Under the pieces are notes generated by a model. It was not told where the DNA came from. It made no database searches and saw only the letters and a program-made list of their open reading frames with translations. From an uncultured virus (IMG/VR IMGVR_UViG_2851255004_000006) (Duplodnaviria > Heunggongvirae > Uroviricota > Caudoviricetes): DNA of 20,000 nt. Shown here one piece after another: positions 15,154 to 20,000 of this stretch (positions are counted from its first letter, which is position 1; the number at the start of each line of letters is the position of its first letter). The translations under genes and the position numbers were made by a program. The stretch lies in IMG/VR virus record IMGVR_UViG_2851255004_000006, one strand, 5' to 3'.

Positions 15154-15791
15154 TACACCGCCGCTAAATCCAGAGAGATCGGACGGTATTGATCGCTATC
15201 ACCGACGCGCTCAAATACCCGGATATACTGCTTACTGCCGACGACTTTAATGGCATCCTTTACCGCTTCCATGGCACTCTGCCAGCGGCTATCCTCGATA
15301 TCGAGGCGCAGTAGGCGCAAGATGCGACCAGTGCTGACTTCTCCCTCTTTATCCACTTGGAACGCTTCATCAATCAGCGCGCGAATCTCAGGTCGAGACC
15401 CCTCTGTCCAATCCATTAAACAAGCATCAACGAGTGATTTGGCCGCCTGTAAACGCTCGTCAAAGGCGATACGCTCTTGAATGGCACGCTGCACCTTGTA
15501 GCGGCCATCATAGGTATACAGCGTCACATTGCCTTTCTTGCCGCCTTTGATAACGCCATATTTTTCAGCGGCGAGATCGATATGAGCCTGAATATCGCCA
15601 AACACCGACCCTTTGAACTCGGCTAGCGCCGAATTTAGCGAGATAGCCTTTTCGACGATCTCTCCGACGAGGGCATCACGATCTTTATCGATGGGTTTAA
15701 CCTGTGCATCAGGTGTCAGAACGCCACGCCCATCAATCCAATAGCCTGGCAATACCTCAGCGCAGGTATACTGTTTTTGTGAAGAACTCAT
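15153..15791 (-). CDS. DUF3164-family protein
   Basis: GYWIDGRG.L.P...KPID..RD, GGKKGNVTL.TYDG, FDERLQAAK.L.D.C..DW, AFQVDKEG, SKQYIRVFER. Confidence 0.9.
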   Translation of the reverse strand: MSSSQKQYTCAEVLPGYWIDGRGVLTPDAQVKPIDKDRDALVGEIVEKAISLNSALAEFKGSVFGDIQAHIDLAAEKYGVIKGGKKGNVTLYTYDGRYKVQRAIQERIAFDERLQAAKSLVDACLMDWTEGSRPEIRALIDEAFQVDKEGEVSTGRILRLLRLDIEDSRWQSAMEAVKDAIKVVGSKQYIRVFERVGDSDQYRPISLDLAAV

Positions 15792-15811
15792 AATAAATAC
15801 TCCTGTGTTGA

Positions 15812-16051
15812 TTAATGAATGTTGTTTGGTTTATGGGTATTTGCCATTACAGACTGTATGCTGTTGGTGTTCTCCTCTTTTAAAACAGAAACCCCACCAT
15901 AGAGTTTTTGTATGTTGTCGCTAACGATTTTAGAGATAGCTATCGCACGTTTTAACTCTTCCGGTTTCTCAGTACCCACACCCACAACATCAACTTTTGT
16001 TGCAAATTTATCACTCTGTGATTGGAATGTTACTATCAGATGGACTGTCAT
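15812..16051 (-). CDS. Hypothetical protein (79 aa)
   Basis: AGGAG SD; AT-rich; co-oriented with the early operon. Confidence 0.7.
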   Translation of the reverse strand: MTVHLIVTFQSQSDKFATKVDVVGVGTEKPEELKRAIAISKIVSDNIQKLYGGVSVLKEENTNSIQSVMANTHKPNNIH

Positions 16052-16061
16052 AATGAACTCC

Positions 16062-16346
16062 CTAAATCAAACGTTCAGACCAAACCACGCGGCATCCATG
16101 GGACTTAAAGACGCCTTGTCGATACATTCCCAAATGACCATTTCCAAACTCAACGTAAGCGGCTTTCCCATCCTGGATTAGCTTGTCACAAACATGGCAA
16201 CGACTAATGCTAATGACTGGCGTACCACCTTTAACGCTTACCCCCACCACATCCACGCCCTGAGCCAATAACTGGCGCACAGCGTTCTCCGCGTGGCGTA
16301 TGGATGAAATAATTCCGCTATTGCTTTTTCTCTTTAAGACGGCCAT
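16062..16346 (-). CDS. Hypothetical Mu-like early protein (94 aa)
   Basis: AAGGAG SD; C-terminal GCRVVWSE. Confidence 0.75.
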   Translation of the reverse strand: MAVLKRKSNSGIISSIRHAENAVRQLLAQGVDVVGVSVKGGTPVISISRCHVCDKLIQDGKAAYVEFGNGHLGMYRQGVFKSHGCRVVWSERLI

Positions 16347-16359
16347 GGATATCTCCTTA

Positions 16360-16752
16360 TCAGTGTAATAAGTTAGAGGGTGATTTGGTTTTTGCCAGTT
16401 TCATTTCCTCTGCCTTATGTACGGCAAAGATAGTACGAGAGGCCTCCAGACGCGCCATTTGCCATGCATAATAAAATTCTGCACGATTGCGATAGCGGTA
16501 TACCACCATCATGATGTAGTGCATATCGGCATCCCATGGATCGCTAGCATCATCATCGCCAATTCCAGCCAGTTCGCGAAGTAAATCGTATTTGTTGAAG
16601 ATGATTGTGCCCGGCGTATGCCCAACAAAAACAGTACCTCTCATTTCTCGCTCGGACATTACACTCATCTCCCGCTCTGTCAGGAAATAGCCGCTACTAA
16701 TCTTGTGAAGTGCATTAACTTCATCATTGATTGACTTAACCACAGCAGACAT
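16360..16752 (-). CDS. Hypothetical protein (130 aa)
   Basis: GAGGTG SD; immediately downstream of B. Confidence 0.7.
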   Translation of the reverse strand: MSAVVKSINDEVNALHKISSGYFLTEREMSVMSEREMRGTVFVGHTPGTIIFNKYDLLRELAGIGDDDASDPWDADMHYIMMVVYRYRNRAEFYYAWQMARLEASRTIFAVHKAEEMKLAKTKSPSNLLH

Positions 16753-16767
16753 AGATCACCTCTTGAA

Positions 16768-17661
16768 TTAATGGATTAACATTTCAGCAAACTTATCAAT
16801 AGCCTTAACACTGACATTAGCTCTGCTGATATCACAGATACGGTAGACACCGCGCGCTAACTTAAATAAACGGCGAGCATTGCCCATCGAGCGCTCATAG
16901 AGTGCATTACTGATATCCTCATCCTGGGCTTCTGGCATCATGCCCGTTGCCAGCAAATTAAAATCCTCGCGTGATAACGTGTCGCCAAGATTGAACCCCA
17001 GCGCGACGCGGCTATATAGCTGTGCAAACTCCCCTCCGCGCCCCTTTAGGTTAATCAGCAGGCGCGGCATACCCGCCAGAACGACACCCACACCGGATTT
17101 ATCATGTAGACGGCGTAATACCTCTAATGCGCGGTACGGCAACAGTTCAGCTTCATCAATCATCACTAATTGGGTAGAGCCGCGCAGCTCGCGTACACAG
17201 GCATCAATCAGCTCATGAATATTACCGCGTGCCTTTATGCCTAACTGGCGGCATAGCTCTGCCAACAGCGTTTTAGCGGTATAGCCAGGGTCTGCCTCGA
17301 TAAGGAGTACGCCCTTATTGCGAGCGGCATATTCACGCAGGATCATGGTCTTTCCTAACCCCGCAGCACCATACATCACGCACATCTCACACTCCTGGTG
17401 AGCGTAGGCCAGTACCTCAAGCCCCTTACGTGCAGTATTGGTTTCGACGAAACGAGCCGTGATGCGCTTGGCTTTTTCCTTTTCAATCTCACGATTGATA
17501 AAGCTCTCAATGCGTGACTCTAAATCAGCGTTATCACCCGTATATTTATCCTGTAAGAACTGGTTAATAACGGCACCGCTTCGCCCAATAGCTCGCCCGA
17601 CTTGTGCCTGTGAATAGGCGTGACGTTCCATTACGTCTTTTAATTGCGTAATTAAATCCAT
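16768..17661 (-). CDS. B: MuB-like AAA+ transposition ATPase
   Basis: N-terminal HTH, Walker A GAAGLGKT, Walker B VMIDEAE, LRRLHD, QLYSRV. Confidence 0.95.
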   Translation of the reverse strand: MDLITQLKDVMERHAYSQAQVGRAIGRSGAVINQFLQDKYTGDNADLESRIESFINREIEKEKAKRITARFVETNTARKGLEVLAYAHQECEMCVMYGAAGLGKTMILREYAARNKGVLLIEADPGYTAKTLLAELCRQLGIKARGNIHELIDACVRELRGSTQLVMIDEAELLPYRALEVLRRLHDKSGVGVVLAGMPRLLINLKGRGGEFAQLYSRVALGFNLGDTLSREDFNLLATGMMPEAQDEDISNALYERSMGNARRLFKLARGVYRICDISRANVSVKAIDKFAEMLIH

Positions 17662-17675
17662 AAATAAAACCTCAT

Positions 17676-19718
17676 TTATTTATCGTGCGTTCCGTTCTTT
17701 TTCAGTTTTGCATCACGGTCAGCAGCAAACAAAAACAACTCTTCTTCTTGAGCATGCGGCAATTGCTGCCGTGTGAATCCCAAATCGAAATCGGGTGTTT
17801 TGTGTTCCAGGGCTGGCCGCAACTCGCGCTGTGCATCTTCAACCGTAGCCATGGCGCGCGCAATGCGGCCCTTGACCCGTTTCTCCTTGGCTCGCTCAAT
17901 AACCGGCTTGGCGAACGCGTCAACCTTGTTACCGTTCCAAATGGCATCACAGATAAAGGTGCCATCCATTCGGCGAACAATAACCGAGCTTGCATCATGT
18001 ATGTCATAGCAGACTCTGACATAATTCCCTGATTCATTGGCCAACTCGTGGGAGAAATAAATGTTATTAAATAACTGAATTTCCCCCCGGTTAGTCTTGC
18101 ATTTTTTCTCCGGTCGATACATTTCGTGTAATTCTTCCGGCGATAAGTAGTCAATCTCCGTTTCTTGCTCTTTCAGTAGCTTTTTACGATAGGCCGCTGG
18201 GCTGTAATGCTCGCCATTCTCGCGCCGGGGGAGGCTGGAGTGTGGGCGGTTGTTATACCGAGCCACCTCCTGCTCGATGGCACTTAATAACTGCTCCCAG
18301 GTGGGAACTTTTCCTATCGCTTCGACCTGGCGTTTTGTCAGGTCACGCCCTTTATGCGTTGCTTTTAAGGCAGATTGCGCGATGCGCTGTTGCAACCTAA
18401 CGGATTCCCCATCCGCCTCTTTGGCACAATAGCTCTGGAAGCTGATTGCGACATCTTTCGGGACTATCTTGTTGAACCGTTCGATAATCCCACGTCCTTG
18501 GGGGGTTCCCGGAATACCCGTATGATGTTCAACACCCAAGCGGGGTAATATCCCGGTAATATCCGCATCCAGCGTCCTGTTTTTTTCGCCACCACCGTTA
18601 TCGGAATAATAAATTAGCGGCACGCCGTGTTGACTCATACCATGTCGTAGGGCATCAGCAACAGCGACCACACTTTCTGATAACGACAGTGACCACCCAA
18701 CAATAAAACGTTGTCCGGCATCCATAATAAACGTGGCCTCCGGTCTAACCAGGCGGTTATCAGGGCCAAATGCAGTCAGCTTCATGCAATGGCCATCCCC
18801 GACCCACACCCCATTAACCGGTAGTGTTGACCAGTCCCGCCGCACAAACGGATTGAGCGAACGCCAGGCCGAGCCAGTAGAGCGGAAGCGCTCCCGCACA
18901 ATCTTCGGTACTTTTCGTAGTACCCGCCGAACGGCATCTACTGAGGGTAGTGCGGCTATCATATCGGGACGATTGGCATAAACATCACGCCACCAGTCAG
19001 CAAATCCACGGTATGCTTGCTCTACAGAGGGGCGCTGCCATACTCGGTAAAACATGAAAAACTCACCGAGCCAGGGTACTTGCTCCCATGGTGTCTGCTT
19101 GTGATGACCGGGAGCCAATAACGCCTGTAATTGAATAGCATCCCCTTGAGCTAACAGATATGCGGAATACCAGTCCTGCAAGGCGCTGGCACCAATACCA
19201 ACCCGCGAGCCACGGCGAGCATTGGCCAAACTTGCCGCCTCCATAATCCGTGGTGGCAAAGCCTCACCACGAACGCCATCGACGATATATTTAACCGCAC
19301 CGGATCGCGTCATTCCGCTGTACTCTCGCAGTTTATGCACTTCTGCGGCCAACAGGATTCGTGCATCAGCGATGGCACGCTGTTTATCCGTCAGGGCCTG
19401 CACAGAACGCAATGCAACCCCTGAGCATTTATTCATGATCTCCAGCTCCTGGCGCACGGCAACCTGCTTGCTAGGCTTGGCCACAACCACGGCAGGGACA
19501 GAAGCATCGGCCATGATTTGCTGGGCATGTTTCTCTTTTAAAATCCGCTGAGCCTCAGCGGGTAAGCACTCGATGTAATACTCGAAAGCCTTAGTGCCTT
19601 GCCGTTTGCGTTTCCACTCTGGATTTTGTGCAGTGGCTCGATCAAGTCGTGCCCTGACATTTTGATCTCGAGTTGGTAAGCCCCCGACTCCGGCACACTC
19701 TTGCGCAGTAACCCACAT
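17676..19718 (-). CDS. A: MuA-like DDE transposase
   Basis: N-terminal Mu HTH (MWVTAQECAG), WVGDGH, YSDNGGGE, GRGIIERFN, YNNRPHSSL and a Mu-transposase C-terminal domain. Confidence 0.96.
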   Translation of the reverse strand: MWVTAQECAGVGGLPTRDQNVRARLDRATAQNPEWKRKRQGTKAFEYYIECLPAEAQRILKEKHAQQIMADASVPAVVVAKPSKQVAVRQELEIMNKCSGVALRSVQALTDKQRAIADARILLAAEVHKLREYSGMTRSGAVKYIVDGVRGEALPPRIMEAASLANARRGSRVGIGASALQDWYSAYLLAQGDAIQLQALLAPGHHKQTPWEQVPWLGEFFMFYRVWQRPSVEQAYRGFADWWRDVYANRPDMIAALPSVDAVRRVLRKVPKIVRERFRSTGSAWRSLNPFVRRDWSTLPVNGVWVGDGHCMKLTAFGPDNRLVRPEATFIMDAGQRFIVGWSLSLSESVVAVADALRHGMSQHGVPLIYYSDNGGGEKNRTLDADITGILPRLGVEHHTGIPGTPQGRGIIERFNKIVPKDVAISFQSYCAKEADGESVRLQQRIAQSALKATHKGRDLTKRQVEAIGKVPTWEQLLSAIEQEVARYNNRPHSSLPRRENGEHYSPAAYRKKLLKEQETEIDYLSPEELHEMYRPEKKCKTNRGEIQLFNNIYFSHELANESGNYVRVCYDIHDASSVIVRRMDGTFICDAIWNGNKVDAFAKPVIERAKEKRVKGRIARAMATVEDAQRELRPALEHKTPDFDLGFTRQQLPHAQEEELFLFAADRDAKLKKNGTHDK

Positions 19719-19727
19719 AGCAATGCC

Positions 19728-20000
19728 TTATGCCGCAGTTGTGTGCGGATTTTTATTCTGATAACGGCTTGGCCAAATCACACCAGGCTCAACCCCAATC
19801 ACTCCCGCAATAGTTAGCTCATACCCTGGGCAAGGCCGATAAAAAACATTTCGCATTGAGCCAGGTTTTAAGCCTTGAGCACGCTCAAGAGCGGCTATAT
19901 CAGCCCCCTTATTCTCAAGGGCCGCATAAATCGCCTTTGCAGACCAGTCCTGACCACGGCGAACAAACAGGTCAGTTAGGTCTTGTCTCGACAACTGCAT
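19728..20000 (-). CDS. ner: Ner-like repressor
   Basis: DWSAKAIYAAL...IAGVIGVEPGVIWPSRY; directly upstream of A. The ATG is at the window edge, so the start is uncertain. Confidence 0.88.
   Translation of the reverse strand: MQLSRQDLTDLFVRRGQDWSAKAIYAALENKGADIAALERAQGLKPGSMRNVFYRPCPGYELTIAGVIGVEPGVIWPSRYQNKNPHTTAA

Larger units (their letters stand above)
1..20000 (-). mobile_element. Mu-like transposable prophage (internal segment; neither end is in the window)
   Basis: Gene order ner-A-B-early-gemA-mor-lysis-terminase-portal-F-G-I/Z-T. Confidence 0.97.

Noticed and set aside
1..20000. CRISPR array, tRNA/rRNA, DGR or retron reverse transcriptase, introns/inteins, Mu end repeats, repressor c
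   Set aside because: No repeat-spacer array, RT motif or interrupted core gene was seen; core proteins are of ordinary length; the ends and repressor lie outside the window.

Overview
The whole window is the left-to-central part of a Mu-like transposable prophage, encoded almost entirely on the minus strand and probably from an enterobacterial host. In phage order (right to left) it carries ner, MuA transposase, MuB ATPase, a string of small early/accessory genes (DUF3164-like, ANR-like, DUF2786-like, DUF4406-like, HTH, RHH/Zn-like, gemA), a single Mor/C-family activator, a lysis cassette (holin, P1-Lyz-type SAR endolysin, i-spanin with embedded o-spanin), small and large terminase, portal, gpF, gpG, protease I with internal scaffold start, a small head protein, and the 5' part of major capsid gpT. 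The most notable observations are: (1) an opposite-strand cassette between terS and terL containing a self-contained 2-TM gene with its own promoter and terminator plus a Zn-ribbon ORF; (2) a LexA-box-like site on the promoter of the late activator, although Mu itself is not SOS-inducible; (3) two 47-bp late-promoter copies that define a CTGA-N6-TCAG activator site, one apparently giving a leaderless protease mRNA; (4) a spanin pair whose Rz1-type C-terminus is read in the Rz frame; (5) tandem palindromic operators before gemA; (6) a probable strong gyrase site between G and I. Family calls come from motif recognition and synteny; no database searches were run.
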